Shown one piece after another: positions 7,691 to 17,700 of a stretch of DNA of 29,777 bases. How positions within the stretch are numbered: the first letter of the stretch is position 1; every line of letters starts with the position of its first letter. Source of the stretch: Myxococcota bacterium (GTDB taxonomy: Bacteria > Myxococcota_A > UBA796 > GCA-2862545). The notes under the pieces were generated by a model. The model saw only the letters and a list, made by a program, of their open reading frames with translations, was not told where the DNA came from and ran no database searches. The stretch is from positions 1 through 29,777 of the forward strand of contig JBEBJW010000001.1 of the NCBI GenBank assembly GCA_040079715.1, given 5' to 3'. The translations under genes were made by a program, and so were the position numbers.

Positions 7691-8514
7691 CGGTTCGTCC
7701 GGTGTGGTTCGTCGCGGTGATCGGGCTCGGGACGGGGTGCGAGCAGGTCGGCCAGTTCCTCCCGAAGGTCCGGTTCGACGGGCTCGACGTCCGGACGATC
7801 GACTGGGAGGAGGCCGACGTGGACTTCGTGTTCGCGATCGACAACCCGAACCCGGTGTCGATCGGCCTCGCGTCGTTCAGCTACGACCTGAACCTCGAGG
7901 AGGTCGACTTCCTGTCCGGCGACAACCCGGACGGGTTCCAGCTGAAGGCCGAGGGGTCGGCGCCGCTGGTGCTGCCGCTCGATCTGCGGTACGCCGACAT
8001 CTGGAACACGATCGAGGCGACCCGCGGCGAAGACGTGGTCGACTTCCTGCTGTCGGGCGGGATGGGGTTCGACACGCCCGCCGGCAACATCCAGCTCCCG
8101 TACAACGAAGACGGCGGGTTCCCCGCGCTCCGCACGCCGAAGTTCACGTTCCAGGCGGTCCGGGTGAACGCCCGGCGCGGGTTCGGGGTGGTCGACGTGG
8201 AGGTCGATCTCGGCGTCGACAACGAGCACGGCTCGTCGCTGTTCTTCGACGCGTTCGACTACGGGCTGTCGCTGAACGACAAGCGCGTCGCGAACGGGAT
8301 CGTCGACACGTTCTCGGTCGACGGCGCGACCACCGGCACGGTCACGCTGCCGATCGCGCTGGATCTGCTGACCGCGGGCACCGAGCTGTTCGACGTGCTG
8401 ATCAGCGGGGGCCGGGTGGACCTCGGGCTCGACGCGACGGTCGACGTGGACACGCCGTTCGGGATCGTCCCGCTGTCGATCGACGAGACCGGGAACCTGA
8501 AGGTGGAGCTGTAG
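7687..8514 (+). CDS. Lipoprotein with tandem LEA_2/WHy domains, 275 aa
   Basis: GTGC lipobox; two repeats of the pattern F.IDNPN...F.YDL.L / VDNEH...FDYGL.LN; ATGA overlap with the upstream gene. Confidence 0.8.
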   Translation: MTVRPVWFVAVIGLGTGCEQVGQFLPKVRFDGLDVRTIDWEEADVDFVFAIDNPNPVSIGLASFSYDLNLEEVDFLSGDNPDGFQLKAEGSAPLVLPLDLRYADIWNTIEATRGEDVVDFLLSGGMGFDTPAGNIQLPYNEDGGFPALRTPKFTFQAVRVNARRGFGVVDVEVDLGVDNEHGSSLFFDAFDYGLSLNDKRVANGIVDTFSVDGATTGTVTLPIALDLLTAGTELFDVLISGGRVDLGLDATVDVDTPFGIVPLSIDETGNLKVEL

Positions 8515-8644
8515 GGCTCGCACCTGCCCGGGGTGAGGGTGGGGATCCGCACGTCCACCCGCGCCCGCAGAGCGCCGGGTGGCGTCCCGTCGTCCGCGGC
8601 CTCCGGCAGGCCCGGGTGGGGTATCGTGCCGCGCGGGAGGTCCG

Positions 8645-9622
8645 ATGTCCGGGATGCGGTGGTGGCTCGCGGGCGCAGCGCTGGCCGGGTGCGGCGGTGA
8701 TCCCGCGACCGAGGTGGATCTCGGCGACGGCCCGTCCGACGGGGACACCGACACCGACACCGACGCGGACAGCGACGCCGACGCGGACAGCGACGCCGAC
8801 ACCGACACCGACGCCGACGCCGATGCGGACAGCGACACCGACGCCGACACCGCCGGGTCGACCTCCGACACCGCGCCGGACGGGCGCGACTACTCGACCG
8901 ACCGCGACCTGTTCTTCGGCGACAGCCGGTGCGGCGGGGCAGGCCTGGTCCTGTGCGACGGGTTCGAGGACGGCGCGATCGACTTCGGGCGGTGGGCGGC
9001 GCACCCGTGGGCGCCGCTCCCGACCATCGACGCGACGCAGGCGGCGCGCGGCTCGGCCTCGCTGCACTTCCACACCGACCAGAACGGGTTCGCCGCCCTG
9101 GTGCAGTCGTCGGTGTTCCCGATGCCGGGCGACGCGTACTGGGGCCGGCTGTTCGTCCGGTTCGACGCGCTGCCCACCGCGCCGTCGTGGGCCCACTGGA
9201 CGATCGTCGGCGCGACCGGACCGGACGTCCCGGGCGAGATCCGGGTCGGCGGCCAGTTCGACCCGTACTTCGGCGCGAACCGGTGGGGGGTCGGGTCAGA
9301 CGGCGGAGCGACCGGCGACTGGATGTTCCTCGACGAGGACGCAGGGCCCGCCGCGGCCGCCGACGACACCTGGTCGTGCATCGAGTGGTACCACGACGCC
9401 GGCGCCGACCTCACCACGTTCTGGTGGGACGCGGTCGAGCACCCGTCCCTCGCGACCACCGCGGCGGACCACGGCGGGAGCGGCGCGCCGTACACGCTTC
9501 CGGCGTTCGACGCGCTGTGGATCGGGTGGTGGCTGTACCAGGGGAGCCCCGACCCCGATCACTACGACGTGTGGATCGACGAGGTCGCGATCGACGGGGA
9601 GCGGATCGGCTGCGTGCTGTAG
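8645..9622 (+). CDS. Lipoprotein with Asp-rich linker and Cip1-like beta-sandwich domain
   Basis: GGGAGG RBS; LAGC lipobox; LCDGFE, IDATQAARGSASLH, EIRVGGQ, W.CIEW and terminal VWIDEVAIDGERIGC resemble the fungal Cip1 core as recalled. Confidence 0.7.
   Translation: MSGMRWWLAGAALAGCGGDPATEVDLGDGPSDGDTDTDTDADSDADADSDADTDTDADADADSDTDADTAGSTSDTAPDGRDYSTDRDLFFGDSRCGGAGLVLCDGFEDGAIDFGRWAAHPWAPLPTIDATQAARGSASLHFHTDQNGFAALVQSSVFPMPGDAYWGRLFVRFDALPTAPSWAHWTIVGATGPDVPGEIRVGGQFDPYFGANRWGVGSDGGATGDWMFLDEDAGPAAAADDTWSCIEWYHDAGADLTTFWWDAVEHPSLATTAADHGGSGAPYTLPAFDALWIGWWLYQGSPDPDHYDVWIDEVAIDGERIGCVL
8744..8851 (+). repeat. (GAC-NNN)x18 coding repeat encoding a D-[TAS] linker
   Basis: 18 consecutive Asp-X dipeptides read directly from the sequence. 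Confidence 0.9.
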
Positions 9623-9626
9623 CGGC

Positions 9627-10928
9627 TCAGCCGGCGATCAGGCCGTCGAGGATCATCCCGGGGGCGTCGACGTGGCCGATCCGGTCGGTGTCCGAGCACA
9701 CCTCGACCACCGCTCCGAGCACCGCGGTGAGGTCGCCGGTCAGCCGGAGGTTGCGGACCGCGCCGATCGGCCGGTTGCCCTCGACCACCACCCCGTGGAC
9801 CCGCGTGTCGAGCGCCCCGGTGGCGAAGTCGACGTCCCGCTCGAGGTTCGGGAGATCGTCGACGATCAGCACCTGCTGGCCGAGGTCGGCGAGGGTCGCG
9901 TTCATCGAGCGGGTGCCCGACCGGAGCAGCAGGTTGGTCGGCCGGTTCCGGTCGCCGAACACGTGCCCGGTGGGGAGCAGGTCGTGGCGGTGGGCGAGCG
10001 ACGGCCCGACGAACCGCCCGTCGACCCGGCCCTCCTTGAGCAGGGTCAGCGGGATCGGGCACACGCCGCGATCGTCGAACGAGGTGGACCGGAGTCCGCC
10101 CGGCAGCGTGCCGTCGTCCTGGAGGTGGAGGCGCGGATCGACCGCCGGGGCGCCGTCCGCCCGTCGGGTCAGGAACAACGTGGCCTCTGCGTCGAACCGC
10201 TCCGCCAGCGCCGCGAACAGCCGGGCGACCGGCAGCGGCGGGAGCATCACCCGGACCGGGCCGGCGAGGGGCACCGCGGGCTGGAGCAGGTCGACCGCCC
10301 GCCGGGCGAGGTTCGTGCCGTACGGCAGCGACGCGATCGACGCGAACGTCCGGGCGTCGACCGTGTCGGTCAGCGCGATCTCGTCGCCGTGGACCGACAC
10401 CGACACCGTGCCGGACGTGTGGTAGGTCGAGTCGGTCTCCTCGAGCAGCACCCCGCGGCTGTTCGCGAACCGCCGGACCCGCAGCCGGTCGCGGTACCCG
10501 AACCCCGACGCCGCGAGCCGCCGATCGACCTGGCGGACCGCGCGCTCGGCGGTGGTGACGACCTCGACCCGATCGTCGAGGGTGACCTGGTCGTACCGCC
10601 GATCGAGCACCCCGAGGCCGCCGAGGGTCCCGGCCTGGCGCGCGACCGGCCCGCCGTGCGGATCCTCCGGGGCGGACCCCGCGCGGGTCGAGGCGGCGTC
10701 GAGCAGCGCGTCGGCGTCGTCCGGGAGCCCGGCAGCGCCCCCGTACCGGCCGCCCTCGAGCCACAGCCGCACCTCGAGGTGCTCGCGCGGAGCGACCTCG
10801 ACCGGCGTGACCCGCCCGCGGTGGATCCCGAGCTCGTTGCCGGTCTCGCGGGACCACAGCAGCTCGACCCCGCGCACCCCTTGCTTCCGCGCGCGTTCGA
10901 TCCGTTCGCGGAGCGCCCTGCCGTCCAT
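9627..10928 (-). CDS. TldD/PmbA family protein (PmbA/TldE-like), 433 aa
   Basis: FANSRG, PVRVMLPP, DDGTLPGGLRSTSFDDRG, PTNLLLRSG, G.....VRNLRLTG motifs; no HExxxH seen. Confidence 0.82.
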   Translation of the reverse strand: MDGRALRERIERARKQGVRGVELLWSRETGNELGIHRGRVTPVEVAPREHLEVRLWLEGGRYGGAAGLPDDADALLDAASTRAGSAPEDPHGGPVARQAGTLGGLGVLDRRYDQVTLDDRVEVVTTAERAVRQVDRRLAASGFGYRDRLRVRRFANSRGVLLEETDSTYHTSGTVSVSVHGDEIALTDTVDARTFASIASLPYGTNLARRAVDLLQPAVPLAGPVRVMLPPLPVARLFAALAERFDAEATLFLTRRADGAPAVDPRLHLQDDGTLPGGLRSTSFDDRGVCPIPLTLLKEGRVDGRFVGPSLAHRHDLLPTGHVFGDRNRPTNLLLRSGTRSMNATLADLGQQVLIVDDLPNLERDVDFATGALDTRVHGVVVEGNRPIGAVRNLRLTGDLTAVLGAVVEVCSDTDRIGHVDAPGMILDGLIAG

Positions 10929-11000
10929 CGCCGACCCTCTCCCGTACCCGATCGGACTGTGCCCGATGCGGGCCGTCCGCGCCAGCGATACATCGGCGCG

Positions 11001-11990
11001 ATGTGGATCCCGCTGGTCCTCGCCTGTGTCGCCGCCCCGACTCCCCCGGAGGGCCCTGCGCCCGCGTCACCCGCGGAGGGCGCGCCGATCACCGCTGCGC
11101 CGGCCCCCTCGGCGCGCCCGCCGGACACCCCCGACGTGACCACCTCGTCGAGCCCGGCTGCCCCCGGGGGCACCGACGGCCGGGTGTACGCGATCGGCGA
11201 TCTCCACGGCGACTTCGACAACGCGATCGCCGCGCTGGCGATCACCGGGCTGGTCGACGCCACCGGCCGGTGGACCGGCGGCACCGCGACCCTGGTCCAG
11301 ACGGGCGACGTGGTGGATCGCGGCGACGAGGGCAAGCGGCTGTACGCCTGGCTCCGCGCCCTGTCCGCCGAGGCGACGGCCGCGGGGGGACGGGTGGTGC
11401 CGCTGCTCGGGAACCACGAGGTGATGAACCTCCGCGGCGACTGGCGGTACGTGTCGCCGGGCGATCTCGCGGCGTACGGCGGGGAGGAGGCGCGGAAGGC
11501 CGCGTTCTCGGCGACCGGCGAGGACGGCAAGTGGCTGCGGACCCTCGACGCGGTGGCGACGGTGGGCGACACGGTGTTCGTCCACGGCGGGGTCACCCCG
11601 GAGTGGGCGTCCCCGGACGTGAACGGACGGATCCGGGCCGCGATCGACGCGAAGGAGCCCGATCCGGCGATCGGCGACACGGGACCGCTGTGGTGGCGGG
11701 GGTACGTCACCGATCCGGAGGCGACGGCCTGCCCGACCCTCGGGACGGCGCTGGCGGCGCTCGGCGCGAAGCGGATGGTGGTCGGCCACACGACCCGGCG
11801 CGACGGCCGGGTCGAGGCGCGGTGCGGCGGCGCGCTGGTGGTGATCGACATCGGGATCAGCGACGGGTACGGCGCGCACCTCGGCGTGGTGGAGCTCCGC
11901 CCTGTGCCCGGAGCGATGGGCGGACCGGCAGCGACGACGGACCTGTGGGTCGACTACCCGACCGGACCGGAGGATCTCCCGGACCCGTAG
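11001..11990 (+). CDS. Shewanella-like PPP metallophosphoesterase, probable lipoprotein, 329 aa
   Basis: GDLHGD, GDVVDRG, GNHE, HGG, GHT and IDIG motifs; N-terminus MWIPLVLAC then a Pro/Ala linker. Confidence 0.88.
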   Translation: MWIPLVLACVAAPTPPEGPAPASPAEGAPITAAPAPSARPPDTPDVTTSSSPAAPGGTDGRVYAIGDLHGDFDNAIAALAITGLVDATGRWTGGTATLVQTGDVVDRGDEGKRLYAWLRALSAEATAAGGRVVPLLGNHEVMNLRGDWRYVSPGDLAAYGGEEARKAAFSATGEDGKWLRTLDAVATVGDTVFVHGGVTPEWASPDVNGRIRAAIDAKEPDPAIGDTGPLWWRGYVTDPEATACPTLGTALAALGAKRMVVGHTTRRDGRVEARCGGALVVIDIGISDGYGAHLGVVELRPVPGAMGGPAATTDLWVDYPTGPEDLPDP

Positions 11991-11994
11991 CCGG

Positions 11995-12417
11995 TCAGCG
12001 GAGGACGAGCGGGAACGGTCCGAGGTCGACCGACAGCGAGCCGTCGTCGAACGCGCCGATGATCTGGGGGTTCATCGGCTTCTCACCGACCAGATCCTGC
12101 GCCTCGCCGACCAGCCAGAACTGGACCGCCGTGCCCCAGCACCCCTCGACCACCGGCAGGGCGCGGGCGGTCATCGAGAACGACCCGGACCCGTCGGTCG
12201 TGGCCTCGCCGTGGACCGTGCCCGGCGACCAGTTGCGCTCCTCGAGCTGGACGTTGGCGTCGGGGATCCCGGCCCCGTCGTCGTTCACCACCCGGCCGGA
12301 GATCGTCACGTCGATCTCGGTCACGTCGCCGCACGCGCCCTGCGGGTCCGTCGTCTCGCCGGAGTCCCCGGTCTCTCCGTCGCCGCTGCACCCGATCGCC
12401 ATCGCCCACAACCACAT
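11995..12417 (-). CDS. Small lipoprotein with carboxypeptidase-regulatory-like (transthyretin-like) domain, 140 aa
   Basis: MWLWAMAIGC; ISGRVVNDDGAGIPDANVQL...ATTDGSGSFSM motif; GGAG RBS. Confidence 0.75.
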   Translation of the reverse strand: MWLWAMAIGCSGDGETGDSGETTDPQGACGDVTEIDVTISGRVVNDDGAGIPDANVQLEERNWSPGTVHGEATTDGSGSFSMTARALPVVEGCWGTAVQFWLVGEAQDLVGEKPMNPQIIGAFDDGSLSVDLGPFPLVLR

Positions 12418-12455
12418 GCGACCCGCTCCGTGGCGTCACGCTACCCGACGGGCGG

Positions 12456-12509
12456 CTGACCCGCGCGTCCGGACGACGTACCATTACCGACCGGAAACGC
12501 ACCGGAAAC
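12456..12509 (+). promoter_or_regulatory. Sigma70-like promoter and 8-bp direct repeat upstream of the 12542 gene
   Basis: CTGACC (12456-12461), 17 bp, TACCAT (12479-12484); CCGGAAAC at 12491-12498 and 12502-12509. Confidence 0.4.
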
Positions 12510-12541
12510 ATCCGCCGGTGACGATGGATCCAGGAGGCGAC

Positions 12542-13207
12542 ATGAAGACGTGGCTCGCGGTGACGGTCGGGGCGCTCGGGGCGGTCGCGATGGTCGGGTG
12601 CTTGCCGGCGACGGGGGACGACACCCTCGCGTCCACCGTGGCGTCGGACACCGAGGAGCTCGCGCGTACGGCGGAGTCGCTCGCGGCGGCGGCGGAGCTC
12701 GGCGGCGCGGAGCTGTCGATGTCCGGGGAGGTCCGCGGGGTGGGCGACTGCGTGTGGGCCTGGTCGGTGAACGGCCCGATCGCCGGAGCGGCATACGCGG
12801 CGGACGTGTCGGCGCCGTGCGGCGGTAGCGTCGGGGGCGAGCGCGTGTCGATCGACTACCAGGTCACCGCCGGGTCGATCGACGGCACGGTCGCGGCGGA
12901 CGGCGACGGGTGGACGTTCGACCTCACCGGGGTCCGCGAGGCGACGGTCGCGGTGACCACCGCCCGGCGCGGCGAGCAGACCGCGGACGGCCGGTTCGAG
13001 CTGACCGCGTTCACCGGCGCGGTGTCCGACGAGACCCTCGGCGCGTTCGACCTCGCGACCACCTACACCGGGTGGGCCGACGGGGTGTGGGACCTCGTGT
13101 TGTCCGCCGACGACGAGGGCGCGCTCGACGGCACGCTGACCGGCCCGAACGGCGGGACCTGCGCGGTCGGCGGGACCCGCGACGAGGCCGTGGTCACCTG
13201 CGAGTGA
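12542..13207 (+). CDS. Hypothetical lipoprotein, beta-rich, 221 aa
   Basis: GGAGG RBS; MKTWLAVTVGALGAVAMVGC signal and lipobox. Confidence 0.75.
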   Translation: MKTWLAVTVGALGAVAMVGCLPATGDDTLASTVASDTEELARTAESLAAAAELGGAELSMSGEVRGVGDCVWAWSVNGPIAGAAYAADVSAPCGGSVGGERVSIDYQVTAGSIDGTVAADGDGWTFDLTGVREATVAVTTARRGEQTADGRFELTAFTGAVSDETLGAFDLATTYTGWADGVWDLVLSADDEGALDGTLTGPNGGTCAVGGTRDEAVVTCE

Positions 13208-14585
13208 CCGCGCCGACCGGGACCGCCGGGCACCCCGCGACCGGATAGTCGCCGATCGTGGCCTCGACCGGCCGGATCGGGTGGTGCGGGTCGTCGAGCC
13301 AGGCGGCGAGGGCGTCGGCGTAGGTGCCCGTGACGCCGGCGTCGGTGGTGGCGGTCGCGAACAGCCCGACGTCGGTGTGGATCCCCTCGTGGTCCCCGCA
13401 CGCCGGGAAGAACCCCGACGGCGGCACCAGGGTCGCGCCGCCGTACCGGACGGTGGCCGCCCGGCGGGTGGTCCACCCGAGCGCGTCGATCTGATCGAGG
13501 GTCCAGGCGACGACGTCTTCGGCGTCCCCTCGGCAGGCGGCGTGGTCGGTCCACGGGGCGAGCCAGCAGTCGTCCTCGTCGTTCAGGTGGTTCGCGTCGA
13601 GCAAGTCCTGGCGGACGAAGAACGGCGTCTCGACCCAGTTCATCAGCACGTGGAGGACCTCGGCGCAGCCGTCGGGGTCGGCCGAGGCGAGGCAGGTCGC
13701 GTCGCCGTCCGCCCGCCACACGTCGAACAGCGAGGCCTCGGTCCGGGCCCGCCACGCGCCGAGGTCGTCGCCGGTGTCCGGGTCGAACGCCGGGTACCCG
13801 CCCGGGTAGATCGCGCCGGCGGTGACGAGCTCGGCCGACGGCTCGAACCCGCCGTCCATCACCAGCCGGACCTCGGCTCCCGCCGCGTGGCTGCGCACCC
13901 GGTCCGCGAACGCGTCGGCCAGCATCGTCGCGCCCCGGCTGCCGCCGGAGTGGCCCGCGAGCACCACCCGGTGGGCATCGGTCAGCGGCGGCAGATCGAG
14001 GACCGCCTCGGTCGCGAGCGTGTCCAGCACGGCGTCGACGATGTCGTTGCCGCGGAACGCGAGCTGCGCGACGGTGCCGGCGGGGATCACCCGGCCGTCG
14101 ACGGTGTGGTCCACCTCGGTCACGTCGACGAACCTCGGGTTCCGGCCGAGGAATCGGTCGTAGCTGCACTTGTGGACGAACACCACGTTCCAGTCCGCGA
14201 ACGGGTTGTCGGGGGAGTCCGGGTCGAACGCGCCGCGGGCGCCGATCGACGGCGGGGCCCACCGGCTCGACATCTCTCCGTACGCCACATCCCACACCTC
14301 GAGCGCCCCGTCGAGCGACGCCGTCGACCCGCCGCCCTGGAGGAACACCAACCAGTCGTCCGGGTGCGCGGACCCGACCGGCGCGCCGCGCGCGTAGAAC
14401 ACCGGGTCGGATCCATCGAGGCACGCGCCGTCCGCGAGCCCGGCCCGGACCGCAACCCGGGTGAGACCGACGCCGGCGGGCATCGAGCCGTTGTAGGCGT
14501 ACGAACCACCCTCTTCGGGCAGGAGGGCAGGGGACGCCACGTCGAACAGCCCCTGGATCAGCGGAACCAAGAAACACCCGGGCAT
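13194..14585 (-). CDS. Pectinacetylesterase/Notum-family alpha/beta hydrolase
   Basis: CLDGS..FY, WLVFLQGGG, NPFADWNVVFVHKC, nucleophile motif LAGHSGG. Start set at ATG 14585 after GGAGG; uncertain. Confidence 0.8.
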   Translation of the reverse strand: MPGCFLVPLIQGLFDVASPALLPEEGGSYAYNGSMPAGVGLTRVAVRAGLADGACLDGSDPVFYARGAPVGSAHPDDWLVFLQGGGSTASLDGALEVWDVAYGEMSSRWAPPSIGARGAFDPDSPDNPFADWNVVFVHKCSYDRFLGRNPRFVDVTEVDHTVDGRVIPAGTVAQLAFRGNDIVDAVLDTLATEAVLDLPPLTDAHRVVLAGHSGGSRGATMLADAFADRVRSHAAGAEVRLVMDGGFEPSAELVTAGAIYPGGYPAFDPDTGDDLGAWRARTEASLFDVWRADGDATCLASADPDGCAEVLHVLMNWVETPFFVRQDLLDANHLNDEDDCWLAPWTDHAACRGDAEDVVAWTLDQIDALGWTTRRAATVRYGGATLVPPSGFFPACGDHEGIHTDVGLFATATTDAGVTGTYADALAAWLDDPHHPIRPVEATIGDYPVAGCPAVPVGAVTRR

Positions 14586-14642
14586 CACGACCTCCGGGCG
14601 CCCCTCCTTCACGTCGCGTGCCGACCTCCGCCGTCGGGACAA

Positions 14643-14690
14643 CCCTCGGTTTCGAGGGGACGACCGACGTCCGTCGACCGACGTCCGTCG
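14643..14690. repeat. Hairpin plus 14-bp tandem direct repeat in the esterase/gdhB divergent intergenic region
   Basis: CCCTCG-GTTT-CGAGGG (14643-14658); CGACCGACGTCCGT x2 (14661-14688). Confidence 0.8.
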
Positions 14691-14773
14691 GTTTGCGGAT
14701 CTCGTGCCGTCCGCCCGCGGTTGGATAGACTGCGGACCCGATCGATCGAGATCGCCCCTCTGAGGACCCGTTC

Positions 14774-17700
14774 ATGGCGCTCACCACGGCCAGTTCCGCC
14801 TCCAAGACCCAGATTCGTTCGTCGCTGCCGCGGTGGCAGGGCAACATCGGCGAAGACCTCCGCCCGCTGTTCGCGGCGTTCGTCGACGAGACGCTGAACC
14901 GACTGCGCGGTCCGTTCCTCGCGCACCACCCGCCGAAGCAGGTGCTGACCTACCTCGAGGAGGCGTTCCGGTTCGCCCTCGACCGGCAGGACGGCGAGCT
15001 CCACGCCGAGCTGCGCCGCCGCTCCGGCCGCGGGGTGTCGGTGCTGATCAACATGGCGGACCAGCCGTTCATCGTCGACACCGTCCGGCTGTTCCTGCGG
15101 TCGCACGGGGCGGACAACTGGGGCGGGTTCAGCTTCGTGTTCCGGGCTCGCCGGACCGCGGACGGGCGCCTCGCCGCGGTCGGCGAGGAGGACGGCAGCC
15201 ACGAGTCGCTGGTGCTGCTCGAGGCGGACGTGGGGGATCTCGGCGATCTCGCCGCCGCAACCGCTGCGCTGCGCCAGAACCTCGAGCTCGCGCGGGCGAT
15301 GGTCCGCGACTTCAAGGCGATGACCCGCACCGCCGAGCGGTTCGGGGAGCGGTGCGAGCTGCTGGCCGACCGCCGGCCGGACCAGTCCGAGAAGATGCGC
15401 GAGACGGCCGCGTTCCTGAAGTGGCTCGGGGCCGAGAACTTCGTGTTCATGGGCGTCGACGGCGGCGAAGCCCCCCTCGGGATCCAGACCGTGCCGGGCC
15501 CGACCCACCACACCGCCGACGGGACCTGGCCGACGCCGCACTTCCCGGGCACCGTGTTCGTCCGCAAGAGCACGACCGAGTCCCCGGTGCACCGCGCCGG
15601 GCGGATCGACGAGATCCTGGTGCGGGTCAGCGACGGCACGGACACGCACCAGCTGTTCCTCCGCGGGATGTTCACCTACCGGGCGGTCACCCAGCCGTCC
15701 CGCCACGTCCCGATCCTGCGCGGCGTCCTGGCCGACATCCTGAACGACCAGACCACGACCGGCCCCGGCTCGTTCCGGTACAAGGGGATCGCCAACGTCT
15801 TCGACTCGCTGCCCACCGAGTTCCTGTTCACCGCCCCGCGGCAGGCGATCAGCGACATGGTCGAGCGGGTGTTCGAGGCCGAGCAGCAGCAGGAGGTCGG
15901 CGTCACGTTCACCCTGAACGGCCACGACAGCGGGTTCTGCCTCGTCGCGATGCCGAAGACCCAGTTCGGCGACGATCTGCGGCGCGAGCTCGAGCAGGAG
16001 ATCGTCCGCACCACCCGCGCCACCTACTGCGACCACGGGGTGTTCGTCGGTCGGTACGACACCGTGCTGCTCCACTACTTCCTCACCGGGATCCGCGACG
16101 TGGGCCCGGAGGTCATCTCCTCGCTGACCGAGCGCGTCCGCGAGCTCGCGTCTCCGTGGCTCGGGCGCCTGTGGAACGACCTGTCCGAGCGCCTCGGCGA
16201 GGAGGAGGCCGATCGGCTCGTTGACCGGTACGGCAAGGCGTTCCCGGACAGCTGGACCCGGTCGACCACCACCACCCGCGCGATCGCCGACATCCAGCTC
16301 CTCGAGCGCCTGCTCGCCGACGGGCGGGTCCAGGCGGACGTGTTCGAGGTCGGCGACGACCTGATCCTCCGGGTGTACCAGCAGAACGACGTGTACCTGT
16401 CGGATTTGATGCCGGTGCTGTCGAACTTCGGGATCAAGGTCATCGACAGCTACGCGACCGAGGTCACCGTGGCCGCGGGCGCGCTCCACGTGGACACGTT
16501 CCGGCTCGAGGGGGCAGAAGGGTGCGATCGGGCCACGCTGCTCGAGCGCGCGCCGCTGCTGGTCGAGGCGATCGCCCAGGTGTTCTCGGGCTCCCTGTCC
16601 GACGACCGGATCAACGCGCTGGTGCTGGTCGGCGGGCTGTCGTGGTCCGAGGTCGACATGCTGCGCGGCTACATGCGGTACAGCCGCCAGATCGGGATGA
16701 AGCTGTCGGTCGTCCGGATGACCGAGATCATGCTCGCCCACCCGATCATGTTCGGGAGCCTGGTGCGGCTGTTCCGGGCCCGGTTCGACCCGGACCTCGC
16801 CGGGGACCGCGCCCAGCAGATGGCCGCCGCCGGTCAGGTCGTCACCGACGAGCTCCGGTACATCCAGGCCCACGACGAGGACCTCCTGGTCTCCACCGTC
16901 CGGAACCTGATCGAGAGCACGGTCCGCACGAACTTCTACCGCGCGGACGGCCGCGGGTTCCTGTCGTTCAAGTTCGACGCGTCGAAGGTCAAGCTGATGT
17001 CGGGCAACCGCCCGATGTTCGAGATCTGGGTCCACAGCCGGGACGTCGAGGGGATCCACCTCCGGTTCGGCAAGGTCGCGCGCGGCGGGATCCGGTGGTC
17101 CGACCGAGACGACTTCCGGACCGAGGTCCTCGGCCTCGTGACCACCCAGCGGGTCAAGAACGTCGTGATCGTCCCGACCGGCAGCAAGGGCGGGTTCCTG
17201 CTGAAGAACGCGAGCCGGGATCCGGGCGAGCGCCGCCGCCAGGCCGACGAGCTGTACAAGACGTTCATCCGCGGCCTGCTCGACCTGACCGACAACAGCG
17301 TCGGCGGCAAGATCGTCCCGCCGGGTCGGGTCGTGCGCCACGACGAGGACGATCCGTACCTCGTCGTCGCCGCCGACAAGGGCACCGCCCACCTGTCCGA
17401 CACGGCGAACGCGCTGTCGATCGAGTACGGGTTCTGGCTCGGCGACGCGTTCGCGTCCGGCGGATCGAACGGGTACGACCACAAGAAGGTCGGGATCACC
17501 GCCCGCGGGGCCTGGGTGCTGGCGAAGCGCCACTTCGCCGAGATGGGGATCGACCCGTACAGCCAGGACGTCACCGTGGTCGGGATCGGTGACCTCGGCG
17601 GCGACGTGTTCGGCAACGGGCTGATCGAGTCGAAGCACCTCAAGCTGCGGGCGGCGTTCAACCACATCCACATCTTCCTCGACCCGGACCCGGATTCGGC

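Noticed and set aside
8744-8851. Asp-X and poly-Thr repeats as CRISPR or non-coding arrays
   Set aside because: In-frame low-complexity linkers with no repeat-spacer structure and no cas genes.
7704-11000. N-terminal ~1100 aa of the 1428-aa ORF as a giant fusion to the phosphatase
   Set aside because: Arg/Pro/Gly-rich shadow frame overlapping three real genes; only 11001-11990 is protein-like.
14720-14735. TAGACT -10 element for gdhB
   Set aside because: Plausible, but no -35 or extended -10 at the proper spacing; too weak to list as a feature.
17110-17200. GdhB LVTTQRVKN in place of the common LVKAQxVKN as a sign of inactivation
   Set aside because: The substrate-binding and catalytic positions (ARGG, VKN, SKGG) are intact; the changed residue is not one of them by alignment from memory.
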